This document shows, in pieces, positions 38,081 to 47,924 of a stretch of 64,000 bases of DNA; positions within the stretch are counted from its first letter, which is position 1; every line of letters begins with the position of its first letter. The stretch is taken from positions 2,263-66,262 of the forward strand of contig JAJZNW010000087.1 of the NCBI GenBank assembly GCA_021811615.1, written 5' to 3'. Origin of the DNA: Bacteroidota bacterium (GTDB taxonomy: Bacteria; Bacteroidota; Ignavibacteria; Kryptoniales; JAKASW01). The notes under the pieces are model-generated. The model did not search any database. It saw only the letters and a program-made list of their open reading frames with translations, and was not told where the DNA came from. Both the position numbers and the translations under genes were made by a program.

Positions 38081-38737
38081 ATGGAAAAGGCGATTGTATC
38101 ACTGTCGGGCGGCATTGATTCCGGCACGCTCCTGTATTGGGCACTCAAGCGTTACGATGTGGTGGCATTGACATTCGATTACGGTTCCAAACACGGTAAG
38201 CGCGAACAAGCCGCGGCAAAAGAACTTGCGGGACGGGCGGGCGTAGAACATATCATTATCAAGCTTCCTTTTGTAAACGATCTTTTCAAGTCGGATCTCC
38301 TTCAAAGCGGAGGCGAAATTCCTGAAGGCCATTACGAAGACTTGTCGATGAAAAGCACTGTCGTACCTTTTCGGAATGGTATAATGCTCTCGATCGCCGC
38401 CGGGTATGCAGAATCTATCGGAGCTGCCACCGTCCTTTACGCTGCCCATGCCGGCGACCACGCGATATACCCCGACTGCCGCCCGGAATTCCTCAAGTCA
38501 ATGGCCGAAGCAGCCAGGATAGGAACATACCTGAATGTGAGAATCGAGGACCCGTTCGTCGATCTGCATAAGAAAGACATAGTGCTTCTTGGGCACGAGC
38601 TGCGGGTTCCGTTTGAAATCACCTATTCATGTTACAAAGGCGGAACTCTTCATTGCGGCAAATGCGGAACATGCGTCGAGCGGCGAGAGGCGTTCAATTT
38701 AGCCGGGATCCCGGATCCGACGAAATACGCTGTGTGA
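38081..38737 (+). CDS. queC: 7-cyano-7-deazaguanine synthase
   Basis: PP-loop VSLSGGIDSGT and the C-terminal zinc cluster CYKGGTLHCGKCGTCVERREAF. Start at ATG 38081. Confidence 0.9.
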   Translation: MEKAIVSLSGGIDSGTLLYWALKRYDVVALTFDYGSKHGKREQAAAKELAGRAGVEHIIIKLPFVNDLFKSDLLQSGGEIPEGHYEDLSMKSTVVPFRNGIMLSIAAGYAESIGAATVLYAAHAGDHAIYPDCRPEFLKSMAEAARIGTYLNVRIEDPFVDLHKKDIVLLGHELRVPFEITYSCYKGGTLHCGKCGTCVERREAFNLAGIPDPTKYAV

Positions 38738-38821
38738 TTTCTCGCGTGAGTCTCCGGGCAAATCGGCGTTGAACTGAAAGCGGCCGTTTCCAATATTTAG
38801 TCGAAATGGGAGGAGGCAGGC

Positions 38822-39763
38822 ATGTCGAGATTTTTCAAGTGGCTGCTCTGGGCAGTGGCAGCCGCAGGTTTAATCCTGATCCTTTGCGGAGTGTATGTTG
38901 GATGGCTCGACTATGGAGGGTATTTCGCCTCTGCCAAGGGAAGACTCGTGGAGAGTCGACTGTTACAATCCGGATCCGACAGCCTGTACAGACACTCATG
39001 GCTGTCGCTGGTCAACGACGCCGGGAACAAAGTCGAATGCGGGTTGCTCGTTCCCGCCGGGAACGATTCGGGGCGGCGCTTCCCCGTTGTGATCCTGATG
39101 GGAGGGAAGGCTACGGGCAAGCACGCGATAAATTATGTCCTCAACATTCGAAACGTGATAATCGCTTCCCCTGACTATCCTTATACTCCGAGAGATTCAT
39201 ACACTCTGCCGCAGTTGCTTGCCGATATACCTGAGATTCGCAGGACTGCCCTCGGTATGGTCCCGTCCGTCATGCTGCTGACCGACTATCTCTGGCAGCG
39301 GCCGGATGTCGACACGACGAAGCTTATCCTCCTCGGCTACAGTTTCGGATCTCCATTTGTGCCGTGCATTTCAGCCTACGACCGTAGGGCAGCTGCGGTG
39401 GCGATGGTCTTCGGCGGCGGAGACCTCACTGCACTGATTCGCCACAATGTCGGCCGGTATCGGGGTACGCTTGTGAGTCAGCTGGCTGGTCTCTTGGGAG
39501 GCGTATTGCTGAGCCCGCTTGAACCTCTTCGATATGCGAAGAGCATTTCGCCGATTCCTCTGATTATGATAAACGGCTCCGAAGACGAACAGATACCAAG
39601 GAAATATGCCGAGAGATTCTACTCAGAAGCCCGTCAGCCTAAACGAATCGTTTGGCTGGAAGCCCGACACGTCAATCCGCGCAATGTCGAATTGACAAGA
39701 AAGATTGTGGCGACTTTGAAAGTCGAGCTTTCCCGGATAGATATAATGACTGACGACAACTGA
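38822..39763 (+). CDS. membrane-anchored alpha/beta hydrolase
   Basis: N-terminal TM helix, nucleophile elbow LLGYSFGSPF (GxSxG), and a later INGSEDEQIP and ARH segment consistent with an Asp/His triad. Confidence 0.7.
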   Translation: MSRFFKWLLWAVAAAGLILILCGVYVGWLDYGGYFASAKGRLVESRLLQSGSDSLYRHSWLSLVNDAGNKVECGLLVPAGNDSGRRFPVVILMGGKATGKHAINYVLNIRNVIIASPDYPYTPRDSYTLPQLLADIPEIRRTALGMVPSVMLLTDYLWQRPDVDTTKLILLGYSFGSPFVPCISAYDRRAAAVAMVFGGGDLTALIRHNVGRYRGTLVSQLAGLLGGVLLSPLEPLRYAKSISPIPLIMINGSEDEQIPRKYAERFYSEARQPKRIVWLEARHVNPRNVELTRKIVATLKVELSRIDIMTDDN

Positions 39764-39986
39764 CGGAGGATAGGTCGATGTGCCCGGGGGAACACGGAAA
39801 GAGCAAGGATTCTTGTGGATTGAGATCCAACGGACATGTGAGCAGCACCGATCCTTTTCGATCTACGGTCATTGGCAAAACTGTCTGTCGGAGCCTCCGC
39901 AGGTCGATATCGCTGCTGATACGATCGGCTGATTTCCCAACCGACGCCTTGTGGGATTTCATCTTCAAAGTGTCAGCGATCGATAT

Positions 39987-40015
39987 TTGACAAACACGCC
40001 TGATCGAACTATTTT
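39987..40015 (+). promoter_or_regulatory. candidate sigma70-type promoter
   Basis: TTGACA (39987-39992), a 17-nt spacer, then TATTTT (40010-40015). It lies about 130 nt upstream of the 40146 CDS. Confidence 0.3.
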
Positions 40016-40145
40016 ATGACAAAGCAGGGGTTGCGGGAGGGAGTTTTTCTCCTTTTGGGTGAGCCGAAGGAATTCCGGACGGCAGCTTCACTCCAGGAGA
40101 GTCTCGGAGAGTGACAGCCCTGAAATTGAGGACGCGTAGAACGAA

Positions 40146-40694
40146 ATGGGATGCACCATGAAAGGAAGATCAGGACGTACCATAGCCGTTTTAATCATTT
40201 TAGGTTTTGTCGCGCTGGCACCCTTATCGGCGGCCCTGGCGAAGAAAAAGACTTCGAATGAATACAGCCACAATGCAATTTTCGTCGAAGCGCTTGGCCC
40301 CGGCGTGTTATACTCGATAGACTATGACCACCGCTTCACGAGGAACCTGAGCGTGAGAGTCGGATATTCGTCCTGGAATGTACCATTCGATCCTGGCTTC
40401 TTCAACGATGAAGTGAAATTCAAAGGATTCCCTGTCGCTGTAAACTACCTCTATGGAAACGGCTTGAATCATCTCGAACTTGGAATAGGGTTCGAACCAG
40501 CCTTTATTAATTCCCGCGGAAATTTCTTCAATCGAATTTTCGCCGGAAGTGGGAGCGGTGTTTTGGGCATTGCGACGATCGGATACAGGTTTCAACCAAG
40601 ATACGGGTTATTCTTCCGGATAGGATTTACACCTTTGTTTACCTTTCGGCGTATAGCACCATACGGAGGCCTCTCAATCGGGGCAGCGTTTTGA
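40146..40694 (+). CDS. small outer-membrane beta-barrel protein, putative
   Basis: Signal-like IAVLIILGFVALAPLSAALA, alternating aromatic/Gly-rich segments, and a C-terminus ...LSIGAAF. ATG 40158 is an alternative start. Confidence 0.5.
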   Translation: MGCTMKGRSGRTIAVLIILGFVALAPLSAALAKKKTSNEYSHNAIFVEALGPGVLYSIDYDHRFTRNLSVRVGYSSWNVPFDPGFFNDEVKFKGFPVAVNYLYGNGLNHLELGIGFEPAFINSRGNFFNRIFAGSGSGVLGIATIGYRFQPRYGLFFRIGFTPLFTFRRIAPYGGLSIGAAF

Positions 40695-40936
40695 GCTGAG
40701 GAGTATGCCGCGACCTCATCGACCAGCTTTCTTAATGGAAAGAAACATCCCATTTCGTCAATTACGCTGAAGGTCCACTCATCGTTCTAGTGCACGTGTC
40801 GACATTCCAGCGTTCACTTACTATCCGTTGTGTCCAGGCTCCACGCTCCGTTGCCCTGTTTCATGCAGGGTTCTCTCTACCGCCTTCGTTTGAATTATCC
40901 CGAAATCACAGCTAAATTGATTAAAAACAGAGTGTA

Positions 40937-42784
40937 ATGACAGGAAACGAACTCCTACAAATAATTAAGAACAGGGTCCTCGTTTTTGACGGGGCGACCG
41001 GTACGAGTCTGCAGAATCAGAATCTCACACCCGAAGATTTCGGAGGTGAGCATCTGGCGGGGTGCAACGAGTACCTGAATATTTCAAAACCGGAGGCCCC
41101 CGAGAAAGTACACAAGGGTTTTCTCGATGTCGGCGTAGACGTGATTGAGACTAATTCGTTTGGAGCTACATCCATCGTCCTCGCGGAATACGGCCTCGCG
41201 GACAGATCGTATGAGATAAACAAGCGGGCCGCGCAAATCGCAAGAAAGTGTGCCGGCGCTTATTCGACGTCCGACCGGCGTCGATACGTCGCAGGGTCGA
41301 TGGGGCCTACTACGAAGCTCCCTTCGCTCGGCCACATCGAATTCGACGACATGCGCGACTCATATAAGGTTCAGGTAAAGGGACTCGTCGACGGAGGAGC
41401 GGACCTACTCATCATCGAAACGTGCCAGGATCTCTTGCAGACGAAAGCGGCGCTGGCAGCGGTATACGAGTTTATCCAGGAAACCGGAAAGGGAATCGCC
41501 GTGATTGTCTCGATCACGATTGAGACGATGGGCACGATGCTCATGGGCACGGAGATTTCCGCTGCGCTGACAGCGATCGAGCCGTACGACGTTGTGACGG
41601 TCTTCGGGATGAACTGCGCTACCGGTCCGAAGGAGATGGAGGAAAACGTACGGTATTTGTGCGAGAACTCGCCGAAGCCTGTGTTCGTGATGCCGAACGC
41701 CGGCCTCCCCGAGAACATCGGCGGGCAGGCCTGCTATCACCTGACACCGGACGAGCTTGAGTTCTGGATGAACCGTTTCGTCAAGGAGTTCGGAGTAAGT
41801 ATTATCGGCGGTTGCTGCGGCACGACACCTGACCACATTGCGCGACTCGTCAGGATCGCGTCCGGTATCAATCCGAAGGAACGTGAGATTTCCTTCACAC
41901 CGTCCGTATCATCAATATACTCCAGCGTCTCGCTTCATCTCGATCCGCCACCGGTGATCGTCGGCGAGAGGTGCAACGCAAACGGGTCTAAGAAATTCAA
42001 AGAACTTCTTCTTGCTGAAGACTACGATAGCATGGTCCAGCTTGCCAAGGAACAGATGAAAGAAGGGGCACACATACTCGACCTCTGTGTAGCGTACGTC
42101 GGGAGGGATGAGGTCCGCGACATGCGCGAGGTGATGAAGAGGTTCAATACCCAGGTCGCTCTGCCTCTAATGATCGACTCGACTGAATACCAGGTCATAG
42201 AGGAGGCGTTGAAAAGGTACGCGGGAAGGTCGATAATCAACTCGATAAACCTGGAGGACGGCGAGGAGCGGATGAAGAGAGTACTCCCGCTCTGTAAGAA
42301 GTATGGCGCGGCGGTCGTGGCGTTGACCATCGATGAATCCGGTATGGCGAAGACCCGGGAGAAGAAGTTCGAGGTTGCCAAACGTATCCGCGATCTCGCC
42401 GTAAACAAGTACGGAATGCGGGAGCAGGATTTAATATTCGACACCCTGACGTTCACACTCGGCTCCGGCGATGAGGAGTTCAGGAAAGCGGGGATCGAGA
42501 CGATCGAGGCAATCAAGCTCATAAAGGCCGCATTCCCGGCAGCTTACACGCTCCTCGGCGTTTCCAACGCTTCGTTCGGACTGAACGTGCATGCGCGACA
42601 CGTTTTGAATTCCGTCTTCCTTTATTATGCGATTGAAAAGGGCCTCGATCTTGCAATCGTGAATGCGCAGAAGATTATGCCTCTCTACAAGATCGACGAA
42701 CGCGGGAGAGAGATTAGCCGGGAGCTGATTTTCGACGAGAGAAAGTTCGCAGACGCGTCAGCCGGAGAGGCGGTGCAGAACTGA
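40937..42784 (+). CDS. metH: methionine synthase, N-terminal half (homocysteine-binding + pterin-binding modules)
   Basis: VLVFDGATGT...ETNSFGA...GGCCGTTPDHI (Zn Cys cluster), followed by the pterin-binding barrel LMIDST...INSINLEDGE...LGVSNASFG. It ends at a TGA that overlaps the next ATG. Confidence 0.9.
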   Translation: MTGNELLQIIKNRVLVFDGATGTSLQNQNLTPEDFGGEHLAGCNEYLNISKPEAPEKVHKGFLDVGVDVIETNSFGATSIVLAEYGLADRSYEINKRAAQIARKCAGAYSTSDRRRYVAGSMGPTTKLPSLGHIEFDDMRDSYKVQVKGLVDGGADLLIIETCQDLLQTKAALAAVYEFIQETGKGIAVIVSITIETMGTMLMGTEISAALTAIEPYDVVTVFGMNCATGPKEMEENVRYLCENSPKPVFVMPNAGLPENIGGQACYHLTPDELEFWMNRFVKEFGVSIIGGCCGTTPDHIARLVRIASGINPKEREISFTPSVSSIYSSVSLHLDPPPVIVGERCNANGSKKFKELLLAEDYDSMVQLAKEQMKEGAHILDLCVAYVGRDEVRDMREVMKRFNTQVALPLMIDSTEYQVIEEALKRYAGRSIINSINLEDGEERMKRVLPLCKKYGAAVVALTIDESGMAKTREKKFEVAKRIRDLAVNKYGMREQDLIFDTLTFTLGSGDEEFRKAGIETIEAIKLIKAAFPAAYTLLGVSNASFGLNVHARHVLNSVFLYYAIEKGLDLAIVNAQKIMPLYKIDERGREISRELIFDERKFADASAGEAVQN

Positions 42785-44517
42785 TGGCCGGGCAGAAATG
42801 CGTGTACGATCCGCTTGTCGAGTTGATGAACTATTACGCGGCGGCAAAGTCGGGTCCGGCGAAAAACCTCGACGAGGAATCGTTGAGCCTCGAGGAGAGG
42901 CTGAAGAAACGGATCATAGACGGCGACAAGATCGGGATCGACGCTGATTTAAAGAAGGCGCTCGAAGTATATCCTCCTCTCCAGATCATAAACGAGATAT
43001 TGCTCGACGGTATGCGCGTCGTGGGCGATCTTTTTGGAAGCGGACAGATGCAGCTTCCCTTTGTGCTGCAGTCCGCAGAGACTATGAAGGCCGCCGTCAA
43101 GTATCTCGAGCCATTCATGGAAAAAGTCGAAGGTACCCAGAAAGGGACGATGGTCCTTGCAACGGTAAAAGGGGACGTCCACGACATCGGTAAGAATCTT
43201 GTGGACATCATCCTGACCAATAACGGCTACAAGGTAATCAACCTCGGCATCAAGGTGCCGATCGAACAGATCATCGAAGCCGCGGAGAGCAGCGAGGCCG
43301 ATGCTATAGGGATGAGCGGACTCCTTGTGAAGTCGACCGTTGTCATGAAAGAGAACCTCGAGCTGATGGATCAGCGCGGGATCAATATCCCGGTTGTCCT
43401 TGGCGGAGCCGCTCTCACAAGAAGGTATGTCGAGCAGGACCTGCGCAAAGTCTATCGCGGCTATTTATCTTATGCCAACGACGCCTTCGCCGGACTCCAC
43501 TTTATGGAAGATATCAAGTCGGGCAAATTTGACGTTGCCGAGATCAGGAATGCCACGACATCTTCGACTTCGTTGAATAAGACTCTCGAGCTTAACAGGA
43601 GAGAGGGAAGAGAAGAGCAGACTGCGGTTCAATCGAGGAGCAGGGTGAGAACCGACGTCCCTTTGCCGTTCCCTCCTTTTTATGGTACAGCGGTCGTGAC
43701 GAATATAAAACTCGAGAAAATCTGGGAATACCTGAACGAGGTCGCTCTCATCCGCGGCCAATGGCAGTTCTCGAAGAAGGGGAAGACGGAAGAAGAGTAC
43801 AGCAAAATACTGGAGACGGACGTCTACCCGGCGCTGGAGGAAGAGAAGCTCAAAGTGAAACGCGAGCGGCTTTTCGAGCCGAAAGTGGTTTACGGCTATT
43901 TCCCGTGTCAGTCGTCGGGAGACGACCTGATTATATACCGGCCCGCTTCCGGCGAAGACCCGTATTCAAAATGGAGCGGAGTCAAACCCGGCAGTGCGAG
44001 ACCCGAGGATCTGAGAGAGTGGGTAAGGTTCACTTTCCCGCGCCAGCGGGACGACAGGTTTTTATGTATTTCTGATTATTTCAGGCCGGTCGAATCGGGT
44101 GAACTCGACGTGATTGCTCTTCAGGCCGTCACCATCGGCGCGAAGGCGAGTGAATTCACAAAACATCTGTTCGATGCCGGCAACTATCAGGAATATCTTT
44201 ACCTGCACGGACTCAGCGTCGAAAGTGCTGAGGCGCTCGCTGAATACTGGCACAAGATGGCCCGGACAGAGTTAGGTATCGTCGGTAACGACGCTAAGGA
44301 AATAAAGAGGCTCTTCTCGCAGGGATACCAGGGATCGCGTTATTCGTTCGGCTATCCCGCATGCCCGAACATCGAGGACCAGGCTAAGCTGTTCGAACTT
44401 CTGAGGCCCGAAAGGGTTGGAATCACGCTGACGGAGGAATACCAGCTGGTCCCCGAACAGAGCACGACTGCTATAGTAGTACATCACCCCGAAGCGAAAT
44501 ATTTCAATATCAAGTAG
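42784..44517 (+). CDS. metH: methionine synthase, C-terminal half (B12 cap + cobalamin-binding + AdoMet reactivation modules)
   Basis: LQSAETMKAAV cap, the DxHxxG motif GDVHDIGKN, MSGLLVKS, VVLGGAAL, and the activation domain RGQWQF...RYSFGYPACP. Confidence 0.9.
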   Translation: MAGQKCVYDPLVELMNYYAAAKSGPAKNLDEESLSLEERLKKRIIDGDKIGIDADLKKALEVYPPLQIINEILLDGMRVVGDLFGSGQMQLPFVLQSAETMKAAVKYLEPFMEKVEGTQKGTMVLATVKGDVHDIGKNLVDIILTNNGYKVINLGIKVPIEQIIEAAESSEADAIGMSGLLVKSTVVMKENLELMDQRGINIPVVLGGAALTRRYVEQDLRKVYRGYLSYANDAFAGLHFMEDIKSGKFDVAEIRNATTSSTSLNKTLELNRREGREEQTAVQSRSRVRTDVPLPFPPFYGTAVVTNIKLEKIWEYLNEVALIRGQWQFSKKGKTEEEYSKILETDVYPALEEEKLKVKRERLFEPKVVYGYFPCQSSGDDLIIYRPASGEDPYSKWSGVKPGSARPEDLREWVRFTFPRQRDDRFLCISDYFRPVESGELDVIALQAVTIGAKASEFTKHLFDAGNYQEYLYLHGLSVESAEALAEYWHKMARTELGIVGNDAKEIKRLFSQGYQGSRYSFGYPACPNIEDQAKLFELLRPERVGITLTEEYQLVPEQSTTAIVVHHPEAKYFNIK

Positions 44518-44525
44518 CCCCGAGT

Positions 44526-46241
44526 ATGCTGAAAAACCTCACGATAAAGAATTATGCCCTGATAGACGAGCTCGAGATCGAATTCGGATCAGGGCTGAAT
44601 ATTATTACCGGCGAGACTGGGGCGGGGAAGTCCATCATAATCGATGCGCTTAATCTTATACTCGGTGAACGAGCCACGCAGGACGAGGTGAGGAGCGGCG
44701 CCGATAAGACCGTGGTCGAGGGAGTTTTCACGATTTCCGGGAACAAGAAGGTTCAGCGGCTTCTCGAAGCGACGGAGATAGAAGCGGAAGAGGAAATAAT
44801 TGTTCGCAGGGAAGTCAGCGCGAAAGGTCAGAGCCGGGCCTTCGTGAACGATACGCCCGTTCCCGTCGCCCAGCTTAAGGAACTCGGCGATTACCTCGTC
44901 GATCTCCACGGACAGCATGAGCACCAGTCGCTACTCCGCCCGGAGACTCACATCGACCTCCTCGACGATTTCGGCGGGCTCGACAACCTCATCAAGAATT
45001 TCAAGGGTGCTTATGACAGCCTGAACTCCGAGCTCGGGAAAATGAAAGATCTCGTTTCGCGGAGGGAGGCGCTCAAGGAGAAGCGCGAGTTGTACGCGTT
45101 CCAGATCAAAGAGATCGACGCCGTAAACCCGCAGCCCGGCGAGATCGACAGGCTGGAAGCCGAGCTGAAGATACTCGAAAATTCCGAGAAGCTATACGAA
45201 GTCACGATGAAGCTGTACGAGCTCCTCTACGACAGCGAGAGCTCGATACACGACCAGCTTGTCATGGTGCGCAACCAGCTTGAGGATTTATCGGATATAG
45301 ACAAGACTTTCGAGCCGCTCAAAGCCGACAGTGAGACCGCTAAAGCGATAGTCGACGAGATAACAAGATCTGTGCAGAGTTACAGCAGCAAAATCGATTT
45401 TAACCCTGAACGGCTGGAAGAAATCAGGGAAAGACTCGGCGTGCTCTCGATGTTCAGGAAGAAGTACGGCGGCTCACTCGAAGCTGCCATCGAGTATAGG
45501 GAGAAGATCGGGCATGAGTTCCAGCTCGCCGAGAATTTCGACGAAGCTATCGGCAAGCTCGAAGGGAGCGTAGAGCAGCAGCGGCAGAAACTCTCGGAAA
45601 TTGCCGAGAGGCTTTCCTCCAAGCGAAGGGAAGTCGCCGAACGCGTCATGAGAAGCATCGTCGGCGTGCTCGCCGAAATAGGGATTGAGAATGCGAAGTT
45701 CGAGATAGTGATAAAGAACAAAGTATATGACGCTGATGGAGCGGATATTAAGCCGCTTGTGAAGCTCGGCCGCGATATGTATGAGACAAACGAGAAGGGA
45801 TTCGATTTCGTGGAGTTCTTCATCTCGACAAATGTCGGGGAGGAGCCGAGGCCGCTCGCGAAAGTCGCGTCGGGGGGTGAGATTTCCAGGATCATGCTCG
45901 CTTTGAAGACCATTCTCGCGAAGAGCGACCGGCTTCCGCTGCTCGTGTTCGATGAAATCGATACCGGCATCAGCGGGAGGATCGGGAGCAAGGTCGGAAA
46001 GAGCCTCAAAAGCCTTTCCAAGTTTCATCAGATCATAGCAATCACACACCTCCCTCAGATTGCCGGAATGGCGGACGTGCATTTCAGAGTCGAGAAGGGG
46101 GTGAAAGGGAAACGTGCGGTCACGAGCGTGTCACGGCTCAGCGAAGACGAGCGCGTGCTGGAAGTTGCGCGCCTCCTTAGCGGTGAAGACGTGACTCCGT
46201 CCAGCATCTCCGGCGCAAAGGAGCTTATCGGAATCAAATGA
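44526..46241 (+). CDS. recN: DNA repair protein RecN
   Basis: MLKNLTIKNYALIDELEIEF, Walker A GETGAGKSI, a long coiled-coil middle, SGGEISRIMLAL, and LLVFDEIDTGISG. Confidence 0.95.
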   Translation: MLKNLTIKNYALIDELEIEFGSGLNIITGETGAGKSIIIDALNLILGERATQDEVRSGADKTVVEGVFTISGNKKVQRLLEATEIEAEEEIIVRREVSAKGQSRAFVNDTPVPVAQLKELGDYLVDLHGQHEHQSLLRPETHIDLLDDFGGLDNLIKNFKGAYDSLNSELGKMKDLVSRREALKEKRELYAFQIKEIDAVNPQPGEIDRLEAELKILENSEKLYEVTMKLYELLYDSESSIHDQLVMVRNQLEDLSDIDKTFEPLKADSETAKAIVDEITRSVQSYSSKIDFNPERLEEIRERLGVLSMFRKKYGGSLEAAIEYREKIGHEFQLAENFDEAIGKLEGSVEQQRQKLSEIAERLSSKRREVAERVMRSIVGVLAEIGIENAKFEIVIKNKVYDADGADIKPLVKLGRDMYETNEKGFDFVEFFISTNVGEEPRPLAKVASGGEISRIMLALKTILAKSDRLPLLVFDEIDTGISGRIGSKVGKSLKSLSKFHQIIAITHLPQIAGMADVHFRVEKGVKGKRAVTSVSRLSEDERVLEVARLLSGEDVTPSSISGAKELIGIK

Positions 46242-47710
46242 TGACAGATATCTATCTCTACAATACTCTCTCCAGGCAAAAGGAAAAGTTCGCCCCGGTT
46301 TCCGAAGGAAGGGTCGGCATTTACGTCTGCGGACCTACGGTTTACAACCATTCTCACATAGGACATGGAAAGAGCTACGTATCCTTCGATGCAATTATCA
46401 GGTTCTTCCGCTTCGTCGGTTACAAAGTACTCTACGTACAGAATATCACCGATGTCGGCCATCTTACGGACAATGCCGACGAGGGTGACGATAAGATCGA
46501 GAAGGAAGCGAAGCGGGACAGGATGAACCCGATGGAAATCGTCGAGACCTTCATGCGGAGTTATTTCGAAGACATGGACAGGCTCGGCGTAATCAGGCCG
46601 GATATTTCTCCCAGAGCGACCGGTCATATAGTGGAACAGATCGAACTTGCCAGGAAGCTCATCGAGCGTGGGTACGCCTACGAGGCAGCAGGCAATGTCT
46701 ATTTCGATGTGTCGAAGTTTCCGGACTACGGGAAGCTTTCCGGAAAGAAGGTGGAAGATCTCGTAGCCGGAGCACGCATCGATGTGCGAAGCGACAAGAG
46801 GAACCCGGCAGATTTCGCATTATGGAAAAAGGCGGAAGCCGGCCATATAATGAGATGGCCTTCCCCCTGGGGTGACGGCTTCCCCGGATGGCATCTTGAA
46901 TGCTCAACCATGAGCATGAAATACCTCGGTGACTCGTTCGACATACACGGCGGCGGTCTTGACAACCAGTTTCCGCACCACGAGTGCGAGATCGCCCAGA
47001 GCGAGGCAGCAACCGGCAAGCCCTTCGTGAGGTACTGGATTCATAACAACATGGTGACCGTAAACGGAACCAAGATGAGCAAGTCGCTCGGCAACTTCGT
47101 CACTCTAAAGGATGCATTCAAGAAATTCGATCCGATAACCGTCAGGTTTTTTATCCTGCAGAGTCATTACAGGAGTCCGCTCGATTATTCAGATGAGGCC
47201 GTTGAGGGCGCCGGCAAGGGGTTGGATAGGCTGAAGAATGTAATTCGCGAGCTCCGTGGTCTTGCTGGCGACAAGCGAGTCGCTGTCGATTTTGCACATC
47301 TCCCTGACGAACCGATCAACCTGCGCAGATACTACGGCGACTGGCTCGCCGCGATGGCAGACGACTTCAACACGCCCGGTGCGATCGCGGCCCTCTTCGA
47401 GATGCTTAAGGATGTTAATTCGGCGATAGGTTCCGGCGGGGTACTGAACGCGGATTCGGCATCTCTGATTTATTCGTTCATCCTTACGCTCGCCGGGGAT
47501 GTGCTCGGAATCGTCCGGTCCGACGATCGGGCCGAATCGGGAAGAAACATCGAATCAAGCCTCATCAATCTGTTAATAAATCTCAGATTGGACGCTCGGA
47601 AGAACCGGGATTTCAAACTTGCAGATTCAATAAGATCCGAATTGCAGAATATGGGCGTCGTCCTGGAGGATAAGAAAGATGGCACGACAACCTTCAAGGT
47701 GGTACGATAA
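46238..47710 (+). CDS. cysS: cysteine--tRNA ligase
   Basis: VCGPTVYNHSHIGHG (HIGH), WHLECS, and KMSKSLGN. There is a 4-nt overlap with recN. Confidence 0.95.
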   Translation: MMTDIYLYNTLSRQKEKFAPVSEGRVGIYVCGPTVYNHSHIGHGKSYVSFDAIIRFFRFVGYKVLYVQNITDVGHLTDNADEGDDKIEKEAKRDRMNPMEIVETFMRSYFEDMDRLGVIRPDISPRATGHIVEQIELARKLIERGYAYEAAGNVYFDVSKFPDYGKLSGKKVEDLVAGARIDVRSDKRNPADFALWKKAEAGHIMRWPSPWGDGFPGWHLECSTMSMKYLGDSFDIHGGGLDNQFPHHECEIAQSEAATGKPFVRYWIHNNMVTVNGTKMSKSLGNFVTLKDAFKKFDPITVRFFILQSHYRSPLDYSDEAVEGAGKGLDRLKNVIRELRGLAGDKRVAVDFAHLPDEPINLRRYYGDWLAAMADDFNTPGAIAALFEMLKDVNSAIGSGGVLNADSASLIYSFILTLAGDVLGIVRSDDRAESGRNIESSLINLLINLRLDARKNRDFKLADSIRSELQNMGVVLEDKKDGTTTFKVVR

Positions 47711-47924
47711 AGAGGCGTGACTTATTAAGGAAAGCACAGCGGGCCCACTCAAATTCAATCGAGGCTGAGAAAACGTTCCAACTTGCTTATATTGCTGTTA
47801 ATAGGAATGGAGAAGCCGGAGGTGCCTCCGTAAAGGAAGGGATCCACCGCGCCGTCTACAATGGCTTAATTTGCGAATTGCATGGAGCGAAGTTTCTATT
47901 TACTCACTGACTAAGGGAGGAGCA

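Noticed and set aside
40488-40498. GGGTTCGAACC, resembling a tRNA T-arm
   Set aside because: It lies inside the 40146-40694 CDS. The flanking sequence does not fold into acceptor or anticodon arms.
45380-46627. Minus-strand ORFs of 213, 202 and 190 aa over recN/cysS
   Set aside because: They are antisense to genes with strong Walker A, HIGH and KMSKS motifs, and they span the recN/cysS junction.
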